Positions 1-13,391 of a DNA stretch of 64,000 bases are shown piece by piece. A model generated the notes under the pieces. That model did not search any database, had not been told where the DNA came from, and saw nothing but the letters and a program-made list of their open reading frames with translations. Each line of letters starts with the position of its first letter. Positions within the stretch are counted from its first letter, which is position 1. The position numbers and the translations under genes are program-made. This stretch comes from Oikopleura dioica (lineage: Eukaryota; Animalia; Chordata), in NCBI GenBank assembly GCA_907165135.1, contig OU015570.1, forward strand, positions 930,001 through 994,000, given 5' to 3'.

Positions 1-555
1 AGTGCTGAAAAAGGGTCATTTTTAGTTTTCACGTGATTTGGCCACCTACGAGACTCACTATTATTAGAAATAATATATTTTTAGAAAGAGGATAAAATTC
101 TCTTTCGATTAATAGGTGTCTCATTCTTGCAAAATAATATCTCAACCCGTTTTTCAAGGGTTGAAGTAATTGAAAAGTGGTATTTTTAGACATTTTTCTA
201 AGAATTCTTCTGAATTATTTATAAAACTTTAAAAACCATAATAAAGCCAAAAACTGTGATCATTCCAATTTTTTAATAAATGGGTGTGGGTGGGGTTGGG
301 GACAAAGCTGAGATTGATCAACTCAGAGTTCCAACGCCTTTGTCAAGCCCCTTAAATTAAACTTATAGCCTGAACACCGCCCGCTTTTCTTGGAAACATG
401 CATATCAGAGGATATTCTAAATTGACCGATTTTCTTACTCGTTACTCTTGCTTTTTTCGCTCTTTTTTTGATTGATACTAAGCGTACTTTCGGTAAAAAA
501 TCTGATGATGCTCTAATGGCGGAAGTCGAGAGTGAAAGTATCGGGCAAGTTAATA

Positions 556-2413
556 CCTCGGGTACCTGATTTAGTGTCGCTTTTTGGTCCCGAAATTTCG
601 AAAAAACGACACTAAATTGGAATCGAATGGTTGCCGACATATTTTCTCTCTTTGCAATGATTTTTGTTTTTAATACAGTCTCTAGACAATGTTTTTGTTT
701 ACTGGCATTGACTTTGAGCTTTCTTACTAAAAAAGGCAAAATGGACAAGAAAGACGATACTAGAAAGAGAATTAGTCTTGAAGAACGCCAACACTACTGC
801 CAATTGATCGAGAACGGAACAGGATACCATGCTATCGCAGAAATGTATCGGAGAAAGCACAAACTAAAACTGCCAGAAACAACATTTCGACTCTGGCGAA
901 GAGATGCGAAGAAAATTCTGAAGAAAGATGTTGTGCATGGAAAATTCAATTTCAGCGATGGTAAGCGAAGCAAAGAGATGAAGATCTTTGAAGCGGAAGT
1001 TAAAAAGGAATATTTGAAACGTCATAAACAACTTGGAAGTCGTTGGTTTACTCAACTTTGCCTCGACACACGGAATGAGCTCTTCTCTTCCTGTCCAAAA
1101 ATGTCGACGATCGTTTTTTCAGCTAATTATGTAAGACGACTGCTGAGAGATATCAAAGGCGAGATCAAGACACGAAAGTGTGACAAAAAATTCATGACTG
1201 CGGGAGAGCTTGAACTTGAAGCTGCTCGTCTTCGAATGTTTCGTCAAGGTTACCAACTCAAGTAAGGGATCTATATAAAGTTCTTGTCTTAAAATTTATA
1301 AGCCAACTCCTGAACGTTGATGAAACAGGAATTTGCTCATCTTATGAGGGTAGACGACTAATTTCAATTCGAGGACATGCTCAAGACACAAAAAATGAAA
1401 ATTCTAAAAAAGGTTCACTCTACTGGCGTACTGCTCTGTCTTTGGTCCAATTAAAGGACGACAATCCAATTATCCTTTGGCTGTAGTCACTCATGGAAAA
1501 GGATCCAAATGGACTGGTGGTGGAAAATTGAAGTCAGAAGCCGCTCCCAATCCATCTTACGATAATAAAAAGCCCGAGTCTCCCGATAATCAACGATATG
1601 TGATGATTGAATACAGAGATTTTGCTTCATTTCGTCTTTACAATTCGCCAAGTGCATGGATGACATTACCTATTTTTACTATTGAGATGAAACGCTTGAG
1701 CAAGTTTTTGGACGATAATTATCCCGAAAGAAAATATGTTTTGTTCTTAGATAATGCGAGGTATTTTTTTTTGGTTTCTCAAATCCAAATTAATTTAGCG
1801 TTCATAAACTGAAATTGATGCTCAAAAATATTGTCTTCTGTTTCTTTCTCCCAGCTACCACAGGTTGGTATCAACCCTGTGATTCACTTATTCTGGCTCA
1901 GTTGAAATCGAAAATTCGAGGTTTCATCGATGAACAAGTATATATTAATGACCACACACGGATAAAAGAAGAAGTGCTTGCAAAAAGAGCGTGGATATTT
2001 TCTTATCAATGAAGAAGGGAATTTTCACTCTTTCTTGGCAGAAGACTCATTTGGTTTTACCAGAAGAATTGGAAGCAATCGATTTTGATGAAGAAAATAT
2101 TCCTACCGATCAGGAGTTGCTCTTAGCTCAAGTCGAAAAAGATGAAGATGAAGATGAGATCAATATGCAGATGAATGCTCTCCAGATTCAAGAAAATCCT
2201 CAGCAGGATGAGCAAGAAAAGCCAAATAAAGAACCAAAGAAGAAAAACTACAAGCAAGCTTCTATAAAATCATTTTTTATGAAAAAATAAATCTCATTTT
2301 ATCATGTCAATAAAGTCTAATCCGAAAAAACGACACTAAATTAGAATTAGCTGGTGACCATGTTTCGGAAAAAGCGACACTAAATTGGGAGACACTAAAT
2401 CGGGTACCTGAGG
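556..2413 (+). mobile_element. pogo/Tigger-like DNA transposon (Tc1/mariner superfamily)
   Basis: 23-bp TIRs CCTCGGGTACCTGATTTAGTGTC / GACACTAAATCGGGTACCTGAGG (2 mismatches), TA flanks at 554-555 and 2414-2415, internal GACACTAAAT repeats, transposase inside. Confidence 0.9.
741..2290 (+). pseudogene. pogo DD30D transposase with two short GT-AG introns (1262-1302, 1761-1798) and frameshifts near 1410 and 2000
   Basis: Splicing restores GYQLNQLLNVDETG and LFLDNASVH...FFLPATTGWYQPCD (30 residues between 2nd and 3rd Asp). N-terminal HTH-like KRISLEERQHY and an acidic C-terminal tail are present. Confidence 0.85.
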
Positions 2414-2473
2414 TAAATTAAATACTGTGCTTTCTTCTCTGACAATTTAATTTTTCTCAAGGAGGGACACACT

Positions 2474-2952
2474 TTCGGGCCGTCTCAGCCCCGTTCCATG
2501 ATTTTTAAGTTAAAGGGGCTTGACGGGATGTAGGGCGCGTCGGGTCTGCAAAATGCAGACCGCGGGTCTGCAGATGAAAAAATCTATCAGAATTTTACAT
2601 TAAACAGGCGATTTGGTGCGCTCCGCGCCTGATCTAAGAGAAAACTTCATCTTTTAACATTTCTAAATCAAAATGGGCCAAAGGAGCCAAAATTTTGATC
2701 GTCAATGCAGACCCCGGTTCTGTTTTTGCAGACCCCGGGTCTGGCAGACCCTACGTGCCCGACATCCGCTTGACGGCCCTTTGGGCCGTCTCAGCCCCGT
2801 TCCATGATTTTTAAGTTTAAGGGCTTGACGGCCCTTCGGGCCGTCTCAGCCCCGTTCCATGATTTTTAAGTTTAAGGGCTTGACGGCCCTTCGGGCCGTC
2901 TCAGCCCCGTTCCATGAATTTTAAGTTTAAGGGGCTTGACGGCCCTTCGGGC
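2474..2952 (-). repeat. tandem array of the ~56-bp hairpin unit (same family as 41852-42607), interrupted by a MITE
   Basis: Repeated GGCCCTTCGGGCCGTCTCAGCCCCGTTCCATGATTTTTAAGTTTAAGGGCTTGAC. Confidence 0.85.
2526..2767. mobile_element. MITE with GG..CC ends and 8-bp TSD (Merlin-like by TSD and termini)
   Basis: TSD GCTTGACG at 2518-2525 and 2768-2775; imperfect TIRs GGATGTAGGGCGCG / CGTGCCCGACATCC. Confidence 0.75.
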
Positions 2953-3433
2953 GTCGCGAGCTCGAGTCCTCTTTTTTCATTTTATTTTTCGATTTTTCAA
3001 GCTCGAAGACTTAAAATGCTTGCTTAACTAGAGGCAGTTAGAAACCTACCTTCATTTTTTGGCATTTATATCCTTTGATCAATCCAAATCGATTTTTCTG
3101 GTGCCAAAATTTAAGCATCAACTCTTTCACCCTCAAAATGGCCAAATTAGGGTTAGAGCAGTAATTTTCTCGGTCTTCCGGACATTTTTCGGGGTGACTG
3201 TAATGAAAGAAAATGATCGCCGTAGTCGATTTACTATTGTAAATTTTAATTACAAGTGATTTTAAATTTTGACCCCTGATTTGCGTTCGGTCCCTAGCTA
3301 CATTTTGATCATTAGTATTTAACCGTGTCAAGTCCCTAGAGGATTTCTTGGTCATTTTCCGATTTATGTTTTAGTTGAAGGCTGAAGAAAGCAGTCCAAA
3401 AATCTTCTGTCACCTAAAATGTAGGATTCTTAA

Positions 3434-3607
3434 GGGTAGGGTCCCCGTACAGGCCCAAAGCAGTGAGACTCTCCTCCGAATTTGTGCGATAATGGGTTGA
3501 GATAGAGAAAATACTCATACGGAGTTTTTGCTCAGAATTTCATGGAGATTCAGAAAAAGTGGTCAAAAACCGACTTTGAGACTTGACCCTGTACGGGGAC
3601 CCTACCC
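3434..3607. mobile_element. MITE with TTAA TSD and GG ends (Kolobok-like)
   Basis: TIR GGGTAGGGTCCCCGTACAGG / CCTGTACGGGGACCCTACCC flanked by TTAA. Confidence 0.8.
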
Positions 3608-3855
3608 TTAAACCTCCGAATGAGTAAAATCTACCTTGTTAATCTTTTTTATAAAGTATAAAGAAAAAAGAATTTAACTCATCCAAAAAATGATGAAAAA
3701 ACTTCGCTTTTTTCGCTTTTGAAAATTTTCGCTTCGCTTCGCTTTCGCTTTTGAAATTTTAATTCGCTTCGCTTCGCTTTCGCTAAAATTTTTTAAAAAT
3801 TTTCGCCTTCGCTTCGCTTTCGCTTTTCACTTTCGGGAAAAATCCAGACCCCTGT

Positions 3856-4866
3856 GTGGACGAGATTTACAGGACTAATAGATTCAAGAGACCATCGAAG
3901 ATCTATTTTGCTACGAAGGAAGTCAGCCGTTTTCGAGTAGCCTTGCCAAGCAGGAACCATACGAACACGGAAGGACTCGTCAAATTCATGATTCTGGCGA
4001 AAGTGCTGTCACCGCTGCAATCAACGAAGAACAAAGTCATAGGACGATGTGACTGCCACTCCGTCCACAAATCGGAGGAAACGAAGAAAGGCCTGTAGGA
4101 ATTGGGAATGAAAGTGTGGATTTACGATAACACATCTTTCTCAAAGAACATTATTCCGGAGCAAGACGCGAGGATTGGCTTTTTCTCAAAGTTACTCAAT
4201 ACTGCACAAAATGACCAATCGAAATCAATTCAAGAAGCAACCAACTGAGCTTGTGCACAGTACAATCACACGATGTCGTCGGGCAATTCGGCCCCAGTTG
4301 AGATAATGATGGGAAGGAAAGTTATCACACAAGAATCCTTGAACATCAACCTTGTTAGCTTGATCGACGACATTAAGTCAAGAAGAAAAACGAAGAGAGA
4401 TGCAGCAGACAAGTCGAATGCATCAAAGAAGAAATCGAAAAGGCTAAGATTGGTGAAGAAGAGAGAGCTTACTCGGAGGATGAGAGTGAGATTTGGTCAA
4501 ATAATCAAATTGGGCATCGACTAAACTTGAAAAGAATTCAAAGCGGTAAAAGTGAACACCATAAACAGGACAAAACCAAAGACCATAAACTTCAGCGCGA
4601 TTGTCGCAATGAAAAGTCAAGAAGTGAGACAAATTCAAGAAAATCTGGGAGCAGGGAGGGAGCAGGAGCACGAATTTTTATGTCGGAGCTCCCTTTTTCA
4701 GGATGAGAGAGTGGGGAGGGAACGGGAGCACGGATTTTCTACCAGATTTCGAATTCTGATCACCAATCTCATAATAAAGAACGATAATTTCGCAGACAAC
4801 CCAGAAATCATGAAGCAAGAAAATTCAACTAGATTCTTTCTCCGTGCTTTCCGCGATTGTGGTTAA
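3856..4866 (+). pseudogene. degraded gypsy integrase-region relic
   Basis: AQYNHT..SGNSAPVEIMMGR resembles the end of the integrase core (YNxT..G.SPxExxxGR). Broken frames. Confidence 0.4.
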
Positions 4867-5060
4867 ATAATATCAATAAAACTGATCGTGTGTTTTTGAT
4901 GAAAGAGGAGCAAAAATTCCAATTGCAGCGGCTACGAGCTTATCGCTCAAACTATCCTATCAGGTAATAAATTATTTTAATTTACTGAAAATAATAATTA
5001 TTACAGCTTTGCTCAATCTGTATGAGACAAGTAAAACAAAGTGGAATGATACGAAAAATA

Positions 5061-5451
5061 CAGTTTTTTATGGAATTTTTGGACATCTAATTTTCGGATA
5101 TTTTTGCTTTTTTATGGGGTTTTCTTTGGACACTTTTCAAAAGTGCCCGTATCAAATTTTTGGACATTTTCTGCGCTTAATTTTTAAATTTTCTGTTTTT
5201 TTGCCAGATATGACGTTTTCTTATTAAAAATCTTACTTTTTCTTTGAGAAAGATAAGATTGAAGGTTGATCTCGTACACCTAAAACATTTTTGTCTTTAG
5301 AAGAAGGATTAAACAAAGAATGATTGAGATTTTCCTCAAAAAATTTTTAAGCGATTTGGATGGGACATTTTTATGGCCGCGTGTATCAAATTTTTGGACA
5401 TTTTTGTGAAAATCTTGGGACAAAAATGTCCAAAAATTCCATGATTAACTG
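5061..5451. mobile_element. pogo-type MITE (CAGT ends, TA TSD); second copy at 40168-40566
   Basis: TIR CAGTTTTTTATGGAATTTTTGGACAT; a near-identical inverted copy lies at 40168-40566. Confidence 0.8.
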
Positions 5452-6871
5452 TACGGTTCTACTTGGCGATAATGATCAATTTTCGAAGATTTTCGGGATA
5501 AAAGAGAGAATAAGCCCGGGTCTCAGACCCGGAATTCGTTTCAAAAGTGACGCCCGGGTCTCAGACCCGGAATACCCCCTCAGAAATGACGCCCGGGTCC
5601 AATATCTAGGATTCCCCTAAAAAGACCCTAACCCTACTTTTGTTGATTGATTCTTTTAAAATAAACTCAAATCTAAGTGACCCTGACCACGGGGGTCCGC
5701 CCCTTAGGTCCTAAAATGCCGGGGTCTAGTCTAGGGTTACTTAGGGTTACCTATGATATGAATCAGGGGATGCCAGCCCCGTTTCTTGTATTCATTCAGA
5801 TAAGGGGCCAAGCCGCCCCGAAAGCGAGGCAAGCCCCGTCGCTTGTTTTCAGTCAGGCTTGCGGCCAAGCCAACAAGAAGGTAAGGCCAGCCCTGCCTCT
5901 TGAATCCAGTCAGAGAAGGCGCCAAGCCGACCCAAAGGAAGGCTAGCCCCATCTCTTGAATTCAGTCAGATAAGGGGCCAAGCCGACCCGAAGGAGAGCC
6001 TGAATCTGGAGCCAGATCGCCTTATCTGACTAAATAAAAGAGACGGGGCTGGCCTCCCTTCGGGTCGGCTTGGCCAAACCGTGAATACAAAAGACGTGGC
6101 TCTAATGGTCTGATTTTGGAGCGGTATAAATGTTTTTATTCTCCAAAAAAGAGTCCTCATAAACAAAGATGCGGAAATTTGGGTGACCCTCCGAATCCCT
6201 GGGCACCCTCCGAATCCCTGGGTTTTTGGGAAAAGTCCAGGGATTCGGAGGGTGATGTTCTAGAAAACCCCTACAAAAGATCAAAAAATCTTTTATTTAT
6301 CATTTTTCAAAATATACTAAAAACGTAAGCACTTTAGAAGATAACTTGTATGTCATATTTGATTAAACGCCAACCCTTAAAAGAAGAAAATTGAATGAAA
6401 GCAGAAAGTAATTTTCCAACAGACATTTTTTCGAAATTACTATCAGACGATATAAATGAAGATTTAAGGCTTAAAAATTATTTTAATTTAACCAATAGTG
6501 GATGCTTATAAATATATACTAATATAAAAATATAATGCGTTTGCTAAAGTTGTTTTTCTTTCAACACTAACCAATTATTAGAGAAAACTAATTAATGAAT
6601 CTGCTGTAAAACAGCTAAAAGACATTTCTAGAACATTTCGGATTTGACCCTCCGAATCCCTGGGTTTTCGATTTTGCCCAGGGATTGGGAGGGTACCCGG
6701 GAAATTTCTTACTTAATTTTCCTCGATTTTCAAAATTTTCTTGATTTTTCCCAAAATCTGTGGAATTGACCTAGGTGGAATTGACCATACCACGAAACGA
6801 GACTCGACTGTGCGCTCTTTCAAATAGTGACCTTCATTTTTTGATTGATAATTGACATCGTGTAGATAAAT

Positions 6872-7620
6872 GTAGGAGTTTATTGCAGTTTGCTGAACGT
6901 TTTCGGTCGTGAGACCATCATCAGAGCTTGTTCCTTGATAAACTTGAAAATTCTTAAAGGAAAGCGTACCTTCTTTTGTAAGACTGCAGAACTGATTTAA
7001 AAACCAAAATAACTTTGTCCCAGACTAAGGTTCTAGAAAATGTGGTGATAACTTTTTAGGTAATCGATATTTTTATCAGAGGCTCCTTACTTGGGTCGAA
7101 ATAGTGAAAATTGTGAAATTTTTCAAACTCGATTCAATGAAGAATGAGCAAAATAATTTTAGATCTAGATTTGACTATCTCAGTAAAATGTTTTTAGTTT
7201 TACACCGAAATCTAGCATACAAAAAGAGAGTACAAATGGAAGCATTAGAAATTCGTCTTCATAATCCTCCGTTGAACAAGCAAATTCAACATCAACAAGT
7301 TTATATAATCTAACTTAAAATTCACAGTCCTTAAAGGACTGTCTAACAATAGAATTAAGTATATTAAATTGTTTTACCGATCAGAGGCATTTTCGACCCA
7401 AGTAAGGAGCCTCTGATAAAAATATCGATTACCTTAATAGTTATCACCACATTTTCTAGAACCTTAGTCTGGGACAAAGTTATTTTGGTTTTTAAATCAG
7501 TTCTGAAGTCTTACAAAAGAAGGTACGCTTTCCTTTAAGAATTTTCAAGTTTATCAAGGAACAAGCTCTGATGATGGTCTCACGACCGAAAACGTTCAGC
7601 AAACTGCAATAAACTCCTAC
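6872..7620. repeat. foldback element with ~230-bp inverted arms
   Basis: 6872-7101 is the near-perfect reverse complement of 7391-7620. Confidence 0.8.
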
Positions 7621-7655
7621 ACCTTCATTTTTCTTTATCTTCGGGCGCTCGAGAT

Positions 7656-8272
7656 CAGGGTTCGAAATCCGCCGAAAACCCCTGTTCACTGTTCACTCTG
7701 GAGTGAACAGGAATCTCAAAATACAGTTCACTGTTCACTCTAGAGTGAACAGCGATTTGAAAATCCTGTTCACTGTTCACTCGAGTGAACAGAGTGAACA
7801 GTTCACTCTGCCCGTAATATGGGAAAAAAATTTATTTGCAAAATTTTTAAAGTCAAACTAGATTTATTTTGAGCTTATAAACACTAATTAGTCTCAAAAG
7901 AGACGTTTCAAGTTGTGAGACGATAATAAATCGTCTCTTCCAACGTATTTTACTGCAAAGTGTACTCTCATCATGATTTTTTAAAGAATACATTCTAGAA
8001 CAAAATTTTTGCTTTTCCACCACAATTTTCTGCTGAAATTTTGAGTCGAGAAAAACAAATCTGCTCTAGAATTTGTCAAAACCTGGTGAGAGGACAGAGT
8101 GAACAGTTCACTGTTCACTCTACTTTTCAAAATGCTGTTCACTGTTCACTCTAGAGTGAACAGAAATTCAAAATCTCTGTTCACTGTTCACTCTAAGAGT
8201 GAACAGAGAGAACAGTGAACAGTGAACAGCTCACTCTGTTCACTCTGAGTGAACAGCAAATTTCGAACCCTG
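7656..8272. mobile_element. hAT MITE
   Basis: TIR CAGGGTTCGAAAT, 8-bp TSD CTCGAGAT, many subterminal GTTCACT/AGTGAAC repeats. Confidence 0.85.
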
Positions 8273-8303
8273 CTCGAGATAACATCCTTTTAGTACTATT
8301 GGA

Positions 8304-10412
8304 GGAAGTATGCAATTAGGCTGGGTACGGAAGTTTATTCCTCCGAAATTTGTTATGCCCAGAATCGAAATTTTGTGTGGTTAAAATGATTTTTATTTTT
8401 GAAATCTAGTTTGCTACGGGCTTAAATGCGCTCCGCGCCTGATTTACAGAGAAACTCATTTTTGAAAGTGGGTAATTTTCTCTACCTTCGCGCCTCCTTT
8501 TTCCTAGAAAATCTATAACATTTTATTTCAGACTTCAAAACAACCGTACCCAGACTAATTGCAACCGGAAAGGATCGGACTCATTACCAAAATTTTTGGT
8601 AACCCATTACCAATTTTCGGTAGTCGATTATCAATTTATTTTTACTTTTTCGCCAAGTTAATGAATAAAACACCCCACAAGTATTCTATTACACAGGCGC
8701 GGAGCGCACATTCGCTCTGTGAATGAAAAAATCGGCACTTTTTTGACGAATTTGGTAATGCATTACCAAAATTGGTAATGGGTTACCACAATTGGTAATG
8801 GGTAGGGTAAATCACTAATATTTGAGCTCTTATTTGGACTTTGTAGAAGAGGCATACAGTGAAACCCCAACTTAAGGCCCAGCAACTTAAGGCCACTTTT
8901 TTGAAAAACCCCAAAATCTGTCATCCGAAAAAATCCAACTTAAGGCCACTTTTTTCCATTTTTATTCACAGTAAGTAAATCGCAGGAAAACAGGCGAGAA
9001 ATGGGAAAGATAAGATATTTTTCGTAAAAATTTTCAGTTGGGGTTTCACTGTATAATACCTTTTATAATCCTCAGAAGCGGTTGACGGCGGGAGTGAGTC
9101 TTTGTAAAGACTGAGTCTTCGCGCAAAGACTCAGTCTTTTCTTCGGGCAGTGAGTCTTTTTAGAAAAATAAAAGACTGAGTCTTTTCGAGCAATTGTTTA
9201 CGTCTCTAGAAAAAAATTTGTTATCTCTTCTGAATCATTTCTATTCATCAGTTCCTTATTTAACATGAAGGAATAACCTAAAAGTCAGTGAAAATGACAT
9301 TTCAAACCATTTTCTGACCGATTGTGCGCTCCGCGCTTGTCTTAGAGAAAATTCATTGATAAAACGGGTTATACGTTTACCGCTTCGACTATATTTTCAA
9401 GTTGAAAAAGTTTCTAGAGCAAAGACTCACTCCCGCCGATACCGCGCGGTGACGGCGGGAATGAGTCTTTACAAAAAGACTCAATCTTTACAAAGACTCA
9501 CTCCCGCCGTCACCCTCAGAAGCTGAGGTTCATTTTGACTACTGATAGTGGGGGTCATCTCGTACCCTGAGGGCTTTTGGTACCCCGGAAGTCCTAAAAT
9601 GTTGCCAACTTCGGAAATTTGAATTTTGAGCCGTAACTAAGCTTTTAGACGGAACTATCTATACTAGCATGTAGCTCGGGCTCTGACGGTCATTTTGAGG
9701 GGTAAAAGTATGTCCCGGGCTACTCTAGAAAGTGGTGGAGGTGGTGCAAAGCTGGGGTCAAGACCGGAAGTCCAGCTAAAATAAACTCTTATGGTATGTG
9801 ATTTAAATACAGTAACACTTTAAAAAAGCAACTGTAAATACATAATTGGTCATCAGAGGTCAACTTGGGGTCAAGTTGGGGGTGTATTTTTATTAAAGAC
9901 TTATTTTTTTAATCTTGACCTTAGATGACCCCGAGTGACCCCAAGTTGACCTCAGGTGACCAATTATGTATTTACAGTTGCTTTTAAAGTGTTACTGTAT
10001 TTAAATCACATAAGAGTTCATTTTAGCTGGACTTCCGGTCTTGACCCAAGCTTTGCACCACTTCCACCACTTTCTAGAGTGGCCCGGGACAAACTTTTAC
10101 CCTCAAAATGACCGTCAGAACCTGAGCTACAAGCTGGTATAGATAGTTCCGTCTAAAAGCTTAGTTACGGCCTCAAAATTCGAATTTCCGAAGTTGGCCA
10201 CATTTTGGGACTTCCAGGGTACCAAAATGCCCTCAGTGTACGAGATGACCCCCACTATCAGTAGTGAAAATGATCCTTAGCTTCTGGGGATTATAAAAAT
10301 GTATTAAATGCCCACTCTACTAAGCAAGAAAAAAGTGGAGAATATTAGTGATTTACCCTAGTAATGGGTATCAATTGGTAATGAGTCCGACCGTTTCCAA
10401 TTGCAACCTTCC
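8304..10412. mobile_element. nested MITE stack: GGAAG-type MITE > GGAAA-type MITE (~8567-10398) > hAT foldback (8803-10360) > pogo MITE (8857-9051) and GG-type MITE (9079-9514)
   Basis: TSDs: GTAATGGG (8795-8802/10361-10368), TA (8855-56/9052-53), CTCAGAAG (9071-78/9515-22). Long palindrome ~9523-9880 vs ~9940-10290. Confidence 0.8.
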
Positions 10413-11605
10413 CTTTTGGAAGCTAGAAATAGCACTTTTTCAAAATTTTGATAAAAATAATTTAAGGCTTATTTGGACACTCGGAAACCTCAAACATATA
10501 CAAACATGAGACATACCATAGTTCGATGGACAAACCATGGTATGGTACGAAATCAATCTATCACACAAAAGCTAGCGATGAGATTTTTAAAACATGAGTG
10601 AGATTTTCAAAGCATTTAATGATCTGAATCATTGATTCAGAATCAAGCAGCTCAACTATTTCCTTGCTGTTCTTTAACTCTCTCTTCTGTTTTCTCAAGA
10701 GCTTTTTCCAGGAGGCCTTCATTTGTTTTGAATCTACATATTTATGTTACAAGTTTTCTGATAAAAGACATTAACAGCCCATTTTGGCTGAAAAAGCATC
10801 TGGAGAGTGTATAAAAATACAAATTGTTAATCTTTTTGAAATGAAAAAGGAGGTGGTGAAAAGTTTAAAAAGCATATGTGTTGCAAGAACTCCATAACAG
10901 TACTAGCCCTAGGGTCAGAACTGAGCGAGAAGAATCAACGTTGCCGTGCCTTTTATGGGGGAAAACGGATTCGGTTGGCCAAATTCCCGCCAAGTATGAA
11001 CGAGCAGGACGTGTCAAGCCGAGTGAAGGAGATGCAAGGGACCACGCCGCCGGTGTGAACTCCTGCAGAGACTGCACCTAGGCCAAAGTTGGAGCAAGTC
11101 TCGGTGTGACTTCTTGAGTAAACATAAACTGGGGGCATCTTGAGCCAGAGATCATGATCAAGCTCAGCCTGAATGATCTTCAAAAATGAAGATTTGGTAG
11201 ACAGCAAAAATGGAATTTGAGCTTTCGAACTTTGATATAAATGTTCAAAATTCAAGATGAATCTCTCTCTGGAGTATCCAGATCTTGATCGACATGCCCC
11301 TCTTGTTCATAAATTCTGCAAGATGAAATCGTTGTTGACCAGTGAAGTAAATTCGGGATGAAAGAAACTGATTCAGCTGATAATAATTGGAAGTGATTTA
11401 TTTCGAAAATCTATCATCAAAGACTGAACTGCGACATTTGTAGAATTTGGTCGTAGATTTGAAGGTTTTACTTCCGGGAAATATGTTCAGGAACAGCAAA
11501 TATGGAACTTGTTGGAAAAGAAGAAAGGTCGATTGTGATAGCTGTTAAAGTCCTTGCGGGAATTGTCTGCGTGATGGATGAAAAAGCATTTGAATCATAG
11601 TAAGG

Positions 11606-12245
11606 ATGATTTCAAAAAAACTGTTTGTGGGGCCGGAAATCTTAAAAACTTCAAGTGCAGTTTTCTTCAGCTCGTCAAAACGAGTCGAATGATGGGTCTA
11701 ACTCCTGATAATTCTAAGGATTGACCGGTTTACCGGCTTGTTAACGGAAAATACGTTGTCACCGGCTGTTTTTGTTCTAGAAGTGATAGACTAATGTTTG
11801 ACACCGGAAATTGTTCCTTAAAGTCAGTTCTTTTGCAGGCTTAAAGATAAAGGTTTTATCAATACTTCGAAGAGAGTTATCACTAAAATACTATTTTTGG
11901 CGAAAATGGGACTAGAAATAAGAAACAGGCAGCAACAACAAAATTTTAGTTAAAATTACTGTTTATAGTGATAACTCTCTTCAGAGTATTGACAAACTCT
12001 TCATATTTTAGCCTGCAGGAGAACTGACTATAAAAAACAATTTCCGGGGTCAAACATCAGTCTATCACTTCTAGAACAAAAACGGCCGGTGACAACGTAT
12101 TTTCCGGTAACCAGCCGGTTAACCGGTCAATCCTTAGAATTATCAGGAGTTAGACCCATCATTCCACTCGTCTTGACGAGCTGAATTAACTGCACTAGCA
12201 GTATTTTTACGATTTCCGGCCCCACAAAAGTTTTTTGAAATCATC
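11606..12245. repeat. foldback MITE with ~280-bp inverted arms
   Basis: GATGATTTCAAAAAAACTGTTTGTGGGGCCGGAAAT ... ATTTCCGGCCCCACAAAAGTTTTTTGAAATCATC. Confidence 0.8.
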
Positions 12246-12575
12246 AAGAAGATTTTCCAATTCCCTTGAGTCCAGCGAATTTTGATTCGTGTCCTCCGGA
12301 GACAGTCATCAGCTCAGATTTGTCGTCTTTGATGAGTAAGCCTTACTCAGTAAGGACTGGTAAATGTCGATGATGATTTCGTTTTCCGCGATTTCTGGGG
12401 TACCGAGAATCGGAGAACAAAAATCCTCCACAATTTGGAATCTGCAATTTCGGAGGTTGATAGCTCCGATTTTGAGATCCGCTTTGAGGCAACCGAAAAC
12501 TTTGATTGTGATTCCATTGTAAGATTCAAGTTGAAATGGCGCTGGTGTTAATTTTTCCATAAGGGCAGATGGCAC

Positions 12576-12889
12576 GGGGTGACGGCGGATTCCATTCTTT
12601 TAAAGAATCATTCTTTTTTCCAATATTCTAGAGAAAATTAGGTAAAAATAGGTTTTTCGGATATATAAAAATTCTTGGATATCAAACTCTCTGGAGTTTC
12701 CCTGATAACTGGCGCGAAGCGCACACTCGCTCCTGAGTTATTTGCATAAACAGAATTTTGTTTCTGAACTTTTGACTGTCTTTTATGCGTTGTTTCAGGT
12801 ATTCTTAAAAAAGAATGATTCTTTGCGAAAAAGAACCATTCTTTGAAAAAAGAATCATTCTTCACAAAGAATGGAACCCGCCGTCTATC
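12576..12889. mobile_element. GG-ended MITE with 8-bp TSD, inserted in the relic protease
   Basis: TSD GATGGCAC (12568-75/12890-97). The GACGGCGG TIR core is shared with 9079-9514. Confidence 0.75.
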
Positions 12890-12939
12890 GATGGCACGAA
12901 TTGACGGGGCAGGCAGCTTACTTGGGCTCCTGTATTACC

Positions 12940-13391
12940 TAGGGTCGGACTCCTTTCCTTTTTTAACCCTTTTAAGGATCCTTTTTCCTTAATCCTTTTT
13001 GATTTTTGCAACAGGGAAAACCCTTTCCTTAATCCTTTCTGGGCATTTATTAAGGAAAAAAATCCTTGATAATTTTCCCTTAAATCCTTCAAGATTCAGG
13101 GTTTTAGAAAGGATATTTCGCCAAATTTTCACCCCATAAGAATTTTTCAGCCCATTCTTGAATGTGGCAAATTTTTGAACAAAAATTGGGTTTGATTTTA
13201 TTCGAAAAATTGCGAAAAATCCTTTCTGAAACCCTTTTCCTTAATATTTTTAAATTTTCGAAAAACCCTTTCCTTCATCCTTTTTCCATTCTGCCCGGAA
13301 AAATTTCCTTTCCTTAATCCTTAATAAGTTTTGGTCGGAAAACTTCCTTTTCCTTAATCCTTTTGGGAAAGCGTTAAGGAGTCCGACCCTA
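12940..13391. mobile_element. hAT-type MITE
   Basis: TIR TAGGGTCGGACTCCTT; TCCTT repeats; splits the protease DTG motif region. Confidence 0.7.

Noticed and set aside
5625-5752. Telomeric TTAGGG repeats
   Set aside because: Only one or two scattered degenerate units, not an array.
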